Origin: an uncultured Clostridia bacterium | GTDB taxonomy: Bacteria > Bacillota > Clostridia > Christensenellales > UBA1242 | Direction of reading: 5' to 3' | DNA: 50,978 bases | NCBI GenBank assembly: GCA_946630785.1 | Contig: CAMOZC010000001.1 | Span: 1 to 50,978, forward strand | Shown: positions 27,772 to 36,332 of the stretch, one piece after another | How positions within the stretch are numbered: the stretch's first letter is position 1 | How the letters are laid out: the number at the start of each line of letters is the position of its first letter | The notes under the pieces: generated by a model | Database searches by the model: none | Told to the model about the DNA's origin: nothing | What the model saw: the letters and a program-made list of their open reading frames with translations, nothing else | Program-made: the position numbers and the translations under genes

Positions 27772-27850
27772 TTTATTTTTGAAATAATCTTGATTATGCC
27801 CTGAGTAATATGATAAAATCATAGCGAAACAAAAAAGGAGTAACATAATT

Positions 27851-28231
27851 ATGGAATTAAAAAATAAATTAAAACATTTTGTTACTAATGGGATGAAACT
27901 TAAGATGAACAAGAAGCATGCTAAGCCGGTGGATTTGAACCAGCTTGCGCGGATTGATTTTCCAGAATTAGCAGACTTTGACTTGCAGTCATACGTTAAT
28001 GCACATGATGATTTTGCATTCCAAGTAATGGTCAACCTTTTGAACAGTGCCAACAAAAAACGTGAAAATATTTATGTTGAAAGTTTTGACCATAAGGCGT
28101 TGCCGGTAAAATTTTATTCCGCCGATAAGGCAACATTGGATAATGTTTATCAGACGGTCTTTGAGAAGTCAAGAGCGGAATACTTTGGTAAAAATCAAGA
28201 ACAACAAAACGATAGTGGAATAACAATGTAA
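27851..28231 (+). CDS. Hypothetical 126-aa soluble protein, monocistronic
   Basis: Own promoter (TTGATT 27790-27795, 18 nt, TGaTAAAAT 27811-27819), SD AAGGAG, and terminators on both sides. No TM segment and no recognised motif. Confidence 0.55.
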   Translation: MELKNKLKHFVTNGMKLKMNKKHAKPVDLNQLARIDFPELADFDLQSYVNAHDDFAFQVMVNLLNSANKKRENIYVESFDHKALPVKFYSADKATLDNVYQTVFEKSRAEYFGKNQEQQNDSGITM

Positions 28232-28233
28232 TA

Positions 28234-28260
28234 AAAAGCCCGCAAATCGCGGGTTTTTTA
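28234..28260. terminator. Bidirectional rho-independent terminator (126-aa gene and ntp operon end)
   Basis: cccgc / gcggg stem extended by A/T pairs, with an A-run and a T-run on the two sides. Confidence 0.8.
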
Positions 28261-28890
28261 TTCGGCGTTGTTTTGCATGTCTTTGATTTTCATGACGCGG
28301 ATTTGCGTTTCGCGTTGGTTTTCGTCCAGTTTCATAGTAATGAATTTAATCTTGGCTTGAATATCCGGAATCATGTTGTATTCCAAACTGTTGATGCGGC
28401 GACGGACTTTTTGGATTTCGTCGGCCAGCATGCTGCAAGTTTTTTCAATGTTGGCCAGTTCAATCATGGTCGCTGTTAATTGTTGGAGTAAGCGAATGGA
28501 TTCGTCGAAAGCAACTGGTGTTGTTAATAAAATTTTTTCCTTGGGGTGGTCGGTGTCGGCAATCTCAATGTGGGGTACAGTTAGTCCCATGATGTTTTGT
28601 GTTGAACAACTAAATGCCAGCGAATGGTGGCGCGCTGACAGGGCGGCATCAACCGCGGCAGTGGACATGTGAGTATTGGCAGCGACGAATAAGCGCAAAG
28701 CATGGTTGAGTTTTTTTTCAACCAATTCACGTAGATTGCGGTTTTTTTGAATTAGTTCAGCAAACTTGTGCACCATTTCGTCATATTTATCTTCCAACAA
28801 TTTGTGTGCACGCCGTGCTGTTTTTAGGCGGTCGTTTTGACGTAACCGCTCCATGCGTGTGGCATTAATATTAGTCGTAGTTGGTGTCAT
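28258..28890 (-). CDS. ntpD: V-type ATPase subunit D
   Basis: NATRMERLR...[18 protein letters not shown] is a typical V/A-ATPase D N-terminus. Last gene of the operon. Confidence 0.88.
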   Translation of the reverse strand: MTPTTTNINATRMERLRQNDRLKTARRAHKLLEDKYDEMVHKFAELIQKNRNLRELVEKKLNHALRLFVAANTHMSTAAVDAALSARHHSLAFSCSTQNIMGLTVPHIEIADTDHPKEKILLTTPVAFDESIRLLQQLTATMIELANIEKTCSMLADEIQKVRRRINSLEYNMIPDIQAKIKFITMKLDENQRETQIRVMKIKDMQNNAE

Positions 28891-30256
28891 CTTCGTAATA
28901 TTTATCCAAAATGGCTTTGTTAATACGGGTTAGTTCGACTTTTGGTAACAAGCGTAGTAATGACCAACCCAAGTCCAAAGTTTCAGCAATCGTGCGGTTA
29001 GTATTGAAACCTTGGTTGATAAATTGATTTTCGAATTCTGTCGCAAATTTACAATACAGCTGGTCGGTTGCGGACAGTGCGGATTCACCCAGAATCTGTG
29101 CTAACTCTTTACTATCTTTACCTTTGGCGTAACAGGCGAAGAGTTGGTTTAAAACTCCTTTGTGGTCCTCACGGGTTTTACCTTTACCGATACCTTTGTC
29201 TTTTAAACGAGATAAAGAAGGTAAAACGTCAATCGGTGGTGTAATTCCTTTTTTATAAAGGTCACGCGAAATAACAATTTGCCCTTCGGTAATGTAACCG
29301 GTTAAGTCTGGAATGGGGTGGGTTTTGTCATCTTCAGGCATGGTTAAAATTGGAATTTGCGTAATGGAACCTTTACAACCTTTAATGCAACCTGCACGTT
29401 CGTAAAGTGAGGCCAAGTCGGTATACAAATAACCTGGATAACCGCGACGTCCTGGAATCTCTTTACGGGCAGCCGAAACTTCGCGTAGTGCTTCGGCGTA
29501 ATTGGTCATATCGGTTGTAATTACCAGAACATGGTAATCCAGTTCAAAGGCTAAATACTCAGCCACGGTTAATGCGACACGTGGGGTAGCGATACGTTCC
29601 AGCGCTGGGTCGTTGGCTAAATTGATGAACATGACCGAACGCGAAAGTGCACCCGTTTCGGCAAATGAATTCATGAAGTAAGCCGCCTCATCATAGGTGA
29701 TACCAATCGCCGCGAAGACAATGGCAAATTTACTATCACTGTTGGGTACTGTGGCTTGACGGGCGATTTGCGCGGCTAATTCAGCATGTGGCATACCTGA
29801 CATAGAAAAGATGGGAAGTTTTTGTCCACGCACTAAGGTGTTTAAACCATCAATACTGGAAATACCGGTTTGAATAAAATCTTGTGGATAGTCGCGTGCC
29901 GTGGGGTTAATTGGTGCTCCGTTAATGTCTAATTTTTTGGTGGCGATTAGGGGCGCGGCACCGTCTTTCGGACGGCCCAAACCATCAAAGACACGACCCA
30001 AAATATTTGGTGCCACGGCAACTTCTAAACCGTGTCCAGTGAATTTGACCGCATTATCGTGAATACCTAAACCTTGTCCAGCGGTAAACATTTGCACAAT
30101 GGCTTTATCGTCGAGGACTTCCAAAACTTTACCATAACGAACAGTACCGTCATCGGCTTTGATTTCCACAAACTCATTGTAGGTTACACCTTCGGTGTTG
30201 GTAACGACTAACAAAGGTCCGACAGCACTTTGAATGGTCTTGTAATATTTGTTCAT
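28871..30256 (-). CDS. ntpB: V-type ATPase subunit B
   Basis: 461 aa, colinear with the V/A-type B subunit ([23 protein letters not shown]). Confidence 0.95.
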   Translation of the reverse strand: MNKYYKTIQSAVGPLLVVTNTEGVTYNEFVEIKADDGTVRYGKVLEVLDDKAIVQMFTAGQGLGIHDNAVKFTGHGLEVAVAPNILGRVFDGLGRPKDGAAPLIATKKLDINGAPINPTARDYPQDFIQTGISSIDGLNTLVRGQKLPIFSMSGMPHAELAAQIARQATVPNSDSKFAIVFAAIGITYDEAAYFMNSFAETGALSRSVMFINLANDPALERIATPRVALTVAEYLAFELDYHVLVITTDMTNYAEALREVSAARKEIPGRRGYPGYLYTDLASLYERAGCIKGCKGSITQIPILTMPEDDKTHPIPDLTGYITEGQIVISRDLYKKGITPPIDVLPSLSRLKDKGIGKGKTREDHKGVLNQLFACYAKGKDSKELAQILGESALSATDQLYCKFATEFENQFINQGFNTNRTIAETLDLGWSLLRLLPKVELTRINKAILDKYYEDDTNYD

Positions 30257-31992
30257 GCCAATTTACCTCCTAATTCATATTTAATGCGGTTAGTCAGTTC
30301 GGAAATTTTTTCCGCTTGGTCGTTTGGAATGTAACGGAATTGTGCAAATTCTTCGCGTACCGTTGGCAAAATAATTTGCTCGTAAGGAATGCCTTTACGC
30401 ACAGCGGCATCCGCCAGATTGTAATAAGTCATCATCGCTTCCAACATTAAAAATTGTTTTTTCGGGGCAGCGTAAGTATCAACTTCGCTCATCGCGTCTT
30501 GCATCAAATAATTTTCACGTAAAAGCGTGGCAGTGCTTAAAATCAGGCGGTCACCGTCAGATAAAGAATCTTCACCAACCAAACGCACGATTTCTTCTAA
30601 GTTAGCGGATAATTGTAAAATCTTCATGGCTCCTTGGCGATATTTAACATAATCGGGTGAAATGTTGTCGCGGTACCAATTTTCTAATTGGTCGGCGTAT
30701 AAAGAGTATGATGTGAGCCAGTCAATCGCGGGGAAGTGACGGCGGTAAGCCAAAGCAGCAGAGAGACCCCAGAAAACTTTGACAATACGCAAGGTGGCTT
30801 GCGAGACGGGCTCGCTTAAATCCCCACCGGGCGGCGAAACTGCACCAATGGCAGTGATGGAACCAAGTTGTGATTCGGAACCGAGAACTTGAACACGTCC
30901 CGCGCGTTCGTAAAATTCTGCGATACGACTGCTTAAATAAGCAGGGTAGCCTTCTTCGCCTGGTAGTTCTTCCAAACGTCCACTCATCTCACGTAATGCT
31001 TCTGCCCAACGACTAGTACTATCTGCCATAATAGCTACGTCATAGCCCATATCGCGGAAATATTCCGCAATGGTAATGCCTGTGTAGATGCTGGCTTCGC
31101 GAGCAGCAACCGGCATATCACTGGTGTTAGCAATTAAGATTGTACGTTTCATTAATGGTTCGCCAGTTTTGACATCAACCAATTCTGGGAATTCATTTAG
31201 AACGTCGGTCATTTCGTTACCACGTTCGCCACAGCCAATGTAGACAACGACTTGTGCATCTGACCATTTGGCAATTTGGTGTTGGCATACGGTCTTACCA
31301 GAACCAAAAGGACCAGGAATAGCGGCAACACCACCTTTAGCAATTGGGAATAAAGTATCAATGGTACGTTGTCCTGTGATTAATGGGACACTAGTTGCCA
31401 ATTTGCGACGAATTGGACGGGCTTGGCGCACTGGCCATTTTTGTAGCATTTGTACTGGTTTACCATCAATTTCGGCAATTGTATCAGTAATGGTATAACT
31501 ACCAGAATTGATTTTGGTGATTTTTCCTTGGATACCAAAAGGTACCATGATGCGGTGTTCAATAACGGTGGTTTCTTGTACTGTACCCAGCACATCACCA
31601 GCCGTTACCGTGTCACCAACTTTTTTGGTTGCTTTAAAATCCCATTTAGTTGAGCGATTTAATTTATCAACGGAAATTCCGGTAGTAATGCGGTTACCAA
31701 CTAGTTCACGAATATCTGCCAAAGGACGGCCAATTCCGTCAAAGATGCCAGACATAATACCAGGGGCTAATTCCATGCAAAGCGGGGCATTGGTGTTGAT
31801 AACAGGGTCACCAACTTTTATTCCGCTGGTTTCTTCATAAACTTGGATACTAGCATGGTCACCACGTAATTCAATAACTTCGCCAATTAATTTAGCATCA
31901 CCAACATAAACAACGTCATGCAAATTAGCACTATCAAGATTGGCGGCAACAACTAATGGTCCACTGATTTTGATGATTTTTCCTTGATTCAT
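30253..31992 (-). CDS. ntpA: V-type ATPase catalytic subunit A
   Basis: Walker A GPFGSGKT, non-homologous insert region, [10 protein letters not shown]. 4-nt overlap with ntpB. Confidence 0.96.
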   Translation of the reverse strand: MNQGKIIKISGPLVVAANLDSANLHDVVYVGDAKLIGEVIELRGDHASIQVYEETSGIKVGDPVINTNAPLCMELAPGIMSGIFDGIGRPLADIRELVGNRITTGISVDKLNRSTKWDFKATKKVGDTVTAGDVLGTVQETTVIEHRIMVPFGIQGKITKINSGSYTITDTIAEIDGKPVQMLQKWPVRQARPIRRKLATSVPLITGQRTIDTLFPIAKGGVAAIPGPFGSGKTVCQHQIAKWSDAQVVVYIGCGERGNEMTDVLNEFPELVDVKTGEPLMKRTILIANTSDMPVAAREASIYTGITIAEYFRDMGYDVAIMADSTSRWAEALREMSGRLEELPGEEGYPAYLSSRIAEFYERAGRVQVLGSESQLGSITAIGAVSPPGGDLSEPVSQATLRIVKVFWGLSAALAYRRHFPAIDWLTSYSLYADQLENWYRDNISPDYVKYRQGAMKILQLSANLEEIVRLVGEDSLSDGDRLILSTATLLRENYLMQDAMSEVDTYAAPKKQFLMLEAMMTYYNLADAAVRKGIPYEQIILPTVREEFAQFRYIPNDQAEKISELTNRIKYELGGKLA

Positions 31993-32318
31993 AAATTTCC
32001 TCCTAGTTTGATTCCCATTGCTTTTTCAAAATTTTGGTTTAATCGCTGCATGCCGTAATGACTGTGTGTCACTGTGTCTGGAATGGGCATAATGATGGGG
32101 TAAGGGATTCCCGCGCGACTATCGAGATATTTACCAATTTGGGCTGCGGTTTTTTCCAAAATTAAAATAATTTTATAACCCGCAGTTTCCAATGTTTGGC
32201 AACGATGAATGACGGCCTCGGGTTCAGTGTCATAGTAACAATCATAACCAATCGCTCTGAAAACTTTAACAATCGCTTGTTCGCCAATAACGGCAATCGC
32301 TTTATTGGAATTGTTCAT
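31989..32318 (-). CDS. ntpG: V-type ATPase subunit F (NtpG in E. hirae nomenclature)
   Basis: IAVIGEQAIVKVFRAIG pattern, about 109 aa, position between the C and A subunits. Confidence 0.8.
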   Translation of the reverse strand: MNNSNKAIAVIGEQAIVKVFRAIGYDCYYDTEPEAVIHRCQTLETAGYKIILILEKTAAQIGKYLDSRAGIPYPIIMPIPDTVTHSHYGMQRLNQNFEKAMGIKLGGNL

Positions 32319-32976
32319 ACAGCCCCCTTAAATTTTCACGCAACCAAGTAACATCGTAATTAAAACGCTTGCTGATTAAAATGGCTTTAATAATGATGAG
32401 TTCTTTTTCGCGTTGTAAATACCACCAGAAAAGTGGGTTTGGCTTGAAGATGTCATCTTTGTCAACTTCACCCAAAGCCTCTAAACGTTCTTGAATTAAA
32501 TCTTCGCGTTGTTCGGCGCTGGAATGGGGAAAGATATCTAATTGGTTAGCTTGTAAACTTCCCCCCGGAAAGACGATATCACTCCCTTTGTAGAAATTGC
32601 GAACGTTGATTAGGTCAACCCATGTTGTTAAATACTCACGGATTGATGCGGTTTTTACCAACGGAATTTGTGTGGAAAGAATGGCAAAAATTGATTGGGT
32701 ATTATTTTCGTTAAGTTGACTCATCGCTTGCACGCAAGCGAGAAGTGCCGAATCCTCGCAGAGGTCTTTAAAGATGGTTAAAGTCTGTTGGTGTGCAGCA
32801 TCTAGTAATTCATCATCGTCCGTAAAGTTGGTTTGGTAGCCACATTCTTGCAAAATGGTTAAACAGTCTTCACGGGTATTAGCGGTGGCCATGTCACGAA
32901 TGCGTTTGCGTGTTAAAAGATGGGCATCGCCCTGCATGATAATGCTCGCATTCGCAAAAGTTATGCCACCTGCCAT
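32302..32976 (-). CDS. ntpC: V-type ATPase subunit C (d-like), short 224-aa form
   Basis: Operon position between E and F, and helical composition. Shorter than the ~320-330 aa usual for this subunit. Confidence 0.65.
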   Translation of the reverse strand: MAGGITFANASIIMQGDAHLLTRKRIRDMATANTREDCLTILQECGYQTNFTDDDELLDAAHQQTLTIFKDLCEDSALLACVQAMSQLNENNTQSIFAILSTQIPLVKTASIREYLTTWVDLINVRNFYKGSDIVFPGGSLQANQLDIFPHSSAEQREDLIQERLEALGEVDKDDIFKPNPLFWWYLQREKELIIIKAILISKRFNYDVTWLRENLRGLYEQFQ

Positions 32977-32977
32977 C

Positions 32978-33511
32978 TTATAAAACTCCTAATATTTCTG
33001 CGACGGTTGGCGCCAGTGGTTCACGCAATTCTGCTAAAATGTTATCAATGCCCAACTCTAAACGATAGGTTTGGTTTTCAATGATAATACCACCGTTAAT
33101 TGCTGTTGTGGTTGGTAGTTCAGGGAAAGCATGCGCCCAGTTTTTAGCGATTAAAATTTTATCACCGGGTTTAGCGTATTTTTTGGTATATGCATCAACA
33201 ATAGTTTGAATTTCTTGTTTGGATGCGTTTAATAATTTTTCGCGTGCCGTGGTGAAGGCTTGTTCAATCCAGTCTTGTTGTGCGTTGATTTGCGCTTTGA
33301 TACAAGACACTTCGTGTGCGCGCTCTTGTTGTGTTTTACGATATTCAAGACTGTCTTGACCCTGTTTTAGGGCAAGTTTTTTACGTTCATCGGCTTGGGC
33401 TTGTGCTGCTGCAATTTGTTCAGACGCACGTTTTTCCGCAGCCGAAATCAAGTTGTTGGCTTGTTGTTTAGCATTACGTAAAATTTTTTTGGTTAAATCT
33501 TGTTCAGTCAT
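32978..33511 (-). CDS. ntpE: V-type ATPase subunit E
   Basis: N-terminal long charged helix (ILRNAKQQANNLISAAEKRASEQIAAAQAQA) plus a globular C-terminus. Operon position fits. Confidence 0.8.
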   Translation of the reverse strand: MTEQDLTKKILRNAKQQANNLISAAEKRASEQIAAAQAQADERKKLALKQGQDSLEYRKTQQERAHEVSCIKAQINAQQDWIEQAFTTAREKLLNASKQEIQTIVDAYTKKYAKPGDKILIAKNWAHAFPELPTTTAINGGIIIENQTYRLELGIDNILAELREPLAPTVAEILGVL

Positions 33512-33520
33512 GAATACTCC

Positions 33521-34003
33521 TTACAATGATGCTGGCGTGGTTGGAATTAACAATACGCACAAAATTGAAATAATTAAACCAAACAAAGCAAACAATTCAG
33601 TGAAAACTGCCATGGTAATTGCACGTCCGATGGCATCATCGCGTTTGCCAACCATGACAACGGCTGAAGCACAGACTTTACCTTGGGCAATCGCAGCAGT
33701 GGTACCAGCAATCGCAACGGCTAAACAACCACCCAAAACCATCAAGCCTTGGCTAACTGAATAATATGAACCATCGTTGGCTAATACGGCTTTAACCAAA
33801 ACCAAGAACGCAACGATAAATCCGTACAAGGCACTTGATGACGGAATCAGTTGCAAGATTAAAGTCTTACTGTATTTTTCTGGTTTCTCAGCGATAATAC
33901 CACAACTGGCACGCTGTACATGAAAAACACCAAAAGCCGAACCTGTACAGCAACAACCGACAGCCAGTGCAGCACCAATTAAAGCAAAAGCATTTCCTCC
34001 CAT
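33521..34003 (-). CDS. ntpK: V-type ATPase proteolipid subunit K (4-TM, duplicated hairpin)
   Basis: Colinear with my recalled E. hirae NtpK: LILQLIPSSSALYGF, AIAQGKV, AVFTELFALFG (the carboxylate E is conserved). Confidence 0.9.
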   Translation of the reverse strand: MGGNAFALIGAALAVGCCCTGSAFGVFHVQRASCGIIAEKPEKYSKTLILQLIPSSSALYGFIVAFLVLVKAVLANDGSYYSVSQGLMVLGGCLAVAIAGTTAAIAQGKVCASAVVMVGKRDDAIGRAITMAVFTELFALFGLIISILCVLLIPTTPASL

Positions 34004-34035
34004 ATTTTTTTACTCCTCCTTTCCTTTCTCTCTTT

Positions 34036-35985
34036 TTATTTACGCGTATCATTTTGGATACGGGCGTAGCGAAGTTTGCTGGCCATGGGTACAAACGGAG
34101 TACCTGTGCCTTCATAAAATTTCCCGAAGAATTCGACAAACTGTAAACGGGCATTGTGAATATAGGCTGATAACAAACTTAAGGCAATGTTTAAAGCATG
34201 GAACGCAATTGCAATGATGCCACCAAAGATGATACCAATTACGCCGGCACTGGCAAACATGCCACATAAGAAATTGGCAACGTAGGCAATAACGCAACCG
34301 ACCAAACCAACACCGAACAGGCGAGCATATGATAAGATATCACTGAAGTAGTTAACTAGTTTATAAGCGCCAGAAAACATGCCCAGGATATAGCCACCAA
34401 AACGATGACCAAGACCGTTGAACAAAACGATGGCAGCAAAACCAACGCCTGTAATAATTAAACCTGGTATCATTAATTGATGGAACCAGTCAACAATAGC
34501 ATAGTTAAGTGGAATAATTTTTTGAATTAAAGCAGGGAAGGCTAAAGTTAAACCAATGAACATGACCAGGTTCGGTAAAGCCTTGAACCAAGCAGTGGCG
34601 TGTTGTTTCAAACGTAGTTGATTAATCAAGTTTAGTAAGTTACCAACGGTAATTTGAATCACGCCTAAGTATAGTGATAACGCAAAGAAAAAAGTAGCGT
34701 CATTACCGAGTGGATCAATCAGCGTTTTGTTCATCATAAAAGCGGGTAAATTTAAGCCAAAGCAACTGTTAAATAATAAACCCCATAAAGCAGCAGAAAT
34801 ACCACCCATACAGAAAAGTGCGATTAGTTGGCGCGTTCCGTCTTGTGGACGCTTGATTAATAAAATCACTGCCGTAATTACGGAAAGTAATAAGCCATAG
34901 CCAATATCGCCAAACATCGAACCAAAGAATAGAAAATAAAAAATGGCAACAAATGGGTTGGGGTCAATATCGTTGCGGCCAGGCGCGCCATACATCATGG
35001 TGATGGCATTATAAGGTGCAACTAATGGGGTATTGTGGATTAACGCTGGGGGAGTATCGGTGTCGCTGGCGTCTTGTAAAGTCACCGCAATGTTTTTGTC
35101 AGTTTGGTTAATTAACTGTGTGAATTCTTCGGCTTTGCGGGCTGGAATCCAACCATTGACGATAAAACAATATTTGGTTTGAATCGTCGAAGTTAAAACT
35201 TCTAGAGTATCAATCTCGTTTAATAAATAATCGTAATAGATTTTTAGTAAATTGATTTGTTCTGTAGTGGGTTGATTGTTTTGTTGAATTCTTGTCAATT
35301 CGGAAGCCAAGTTATCGTTTTGTTCGGTCAAGTATTCAATTTGTTTTAAAGGTGTACGCTCAAAATTATAATAAGTAGGAAATGACGTGAAATTATAATC
35401 GACGATAGTTTCAGCAATGGGGTAATTATCAGCGTCACCAGTGATAACAACAATCAATTGTTTATTATCTGTGGGATAGGTTTCGTAAATAAAATCCTTG
35501 GTATCGATATCGTTGGTAAAGCGTTTAAAATCATCGGCAGCGATTAAACCAGCTAACACAAATGTGTTTTTGGTGGATTTTAATAAATTGGCTGCGATAG
35601 GTAAAGCCTTGAATTTTTCCAAATTATCAATGGTAGTTTGATTAAGATTGATTTGTGTTTGTAAATCAGTAACGTCAATTTTGTTTTTTTCAAATTGACA
35701 CAGTAATTTTTCAATTTGTTTTTGTTTCTTGGTGATTTGTTTTAATTCTTGATAAGTTAACTTGATTGGTTTACTATTGGCCTTTAAAAAATTTAAAACA
35801 CCAGAAACACGGTTTAATTCTGTATTGTAATCGTTTTTTAAAAGTGTGTCGGCAGAGGATAATGGTGTAGTACTGCTTTTGTAAAAGGTAATTTGAAAAT
35901 TGCCTGTTGCTTTTAAAGTATCAATTACTTTCTTTAAGGCCGAACGTTCTCCGACTAAAGAGACTTTTTTCATCTTTTCAATCAT
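34036..35985 (-). CDS. ntpI: V-type ATPase subunit I (a-like stator/ion channel)
   Basis: Soluble N-terminal half with coiled coils, C-terminal polytopic half containing the conserved Arg motif ILSYARLFG. Confidence 0.9.
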   Translation of the reverse strand: MIEKMKKVSLVGERSALKKVIDTLKATGNFQITFYKSSTTPLSSADTLLKNDYNTELNRVSGVLNFLKANSKPIKLTYQELKQITKKQKQIEKLLCQFEKNKIDVTDLQTQINLNQTTIDNLEKFKALPIAANLLKSTKNTFVLAGLIAADDFKRFTNDIDTKDFIYETYPTDNKQLIVVITGDADNYPIAETIVDYNFTSFPTYYNFERTPLKQIEYLTEQNDNLASELTRIQQNNQPTTEQINLLKIYYDYLLNEIDTLEVLTSTIQTKYCFIVNGWIPARKAEEFTQLINQTDKNIAVTLQDASDTDTPPALIHNTPLVAPYNAITMMYGAPGRNDIDPNPFVAIFYFLFFGSMFGDIGYGLLLSVITAVILLIKRPQDGTRQLIALFCMGGISAALWGLLFNSCFGLNLPAFMMNKTLIDPLGNDATFFFALSLYLGVIQITVGNLLNLINQLRLKQHATAWFKALPNLVMFIGLTLAFPALIQKIIPLNYAIVDWFHQLMIPGLIITGVGFAAIVLFNGLGHRFGGYILGMFSGAYKLVNYFSDILSYARLFGVGLVGCVIAYVANFLCGMFASAGVIGIIFGGIIAIAFHALNIALSLLSAYIHNARLQFVEFFGKFYEGTGTPFVPMASKLRYARIQNDTRK

Positions 35986-35987
35986 GA

Positions 35988-36284
35988 TTACGCTCCGTGT
36001 ACGGCTTCAATAATGTAATTTACCGCCGCATCCATTTTGGTTTTAGGAACTTCAATTAAAACAGTTGGTTCCGGTAAAGCTTCTGGTTGTGGTAATTGGG
36101 CAATTGTTTCGGCGATTTCAGCGGTAGTATCATTTTCAATTTTAGTAATTCTTTGATAGGTTTGTTTTTCAATTTCGCGAACTTTAACTTGGGCTTGGGT
36201 AATCATTTTTTCAGCCTGTTCTTCAGTATGATTAATAGCTTGTAAAGTGTCGGCTAACATATTGATTAATTTTAATTCATCCAT
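35988..36284 (-). CDS. ntpF: Small V-ATPase peripheral-stalk-like subunit (G/H-like; NtpF position)
   Basis: 98-aa helical charged protein at the first position of the operon, as in ntpFIKECGABD. Confidence 0.55.
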   Translation of the reverse strand: MDELKLINMLADTLQAINHTEEQAEKMITQAQVKVREIEKQTYQRITKIENDTTAEIAETIAQLPQPEALPEPTVLIEVPKTKMDAAVNYIIEAVHGA

Positions 36285-36316
36285 CTATGATTGACAAGCA
36301 AATTTCATGCTCAAGT

Positions 36317-36330
36317 CCTATATATATAGG
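36317..36330. promoter_or_regulatory. Perfect 14-bp palindrome CCTATATATATAGG in the 48-bp gap between the ntp operon and the P-type ATPase gene
   Basis: Self-complementary. It contains TATATA boxes usable on either strand. On the plus strand TATATA (36321-36326) lies 6 nt before the ATG at 36333. Confidence 0.45.
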
Positions 36331-36332
36331 AA

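Noticed and set aside
18976-28260. Treating the 9-kb T4SS-like region as an integrated mobile element (ICE or genomic island).
   Set aside because: I found no integrase, recombinase, relaxase, transposase, tRNA attachment site or flanking direct or inverted repeats. The boundaries are ordinary promoter and terminator elements. It therefore cannot be called a mobile element from this window, although ancient ICE ancestry remains possible.
36291-36296. The consensus TTGACA on the plus strand as the -35 for the P-type ATPase gene.
   Set aside because: The distance to the nearest TATATA box is 22 nt or more, too long for a functional sigma-70-type spacer. The hexamer also lies within the mini-ORF/ntp leader on the other strand.
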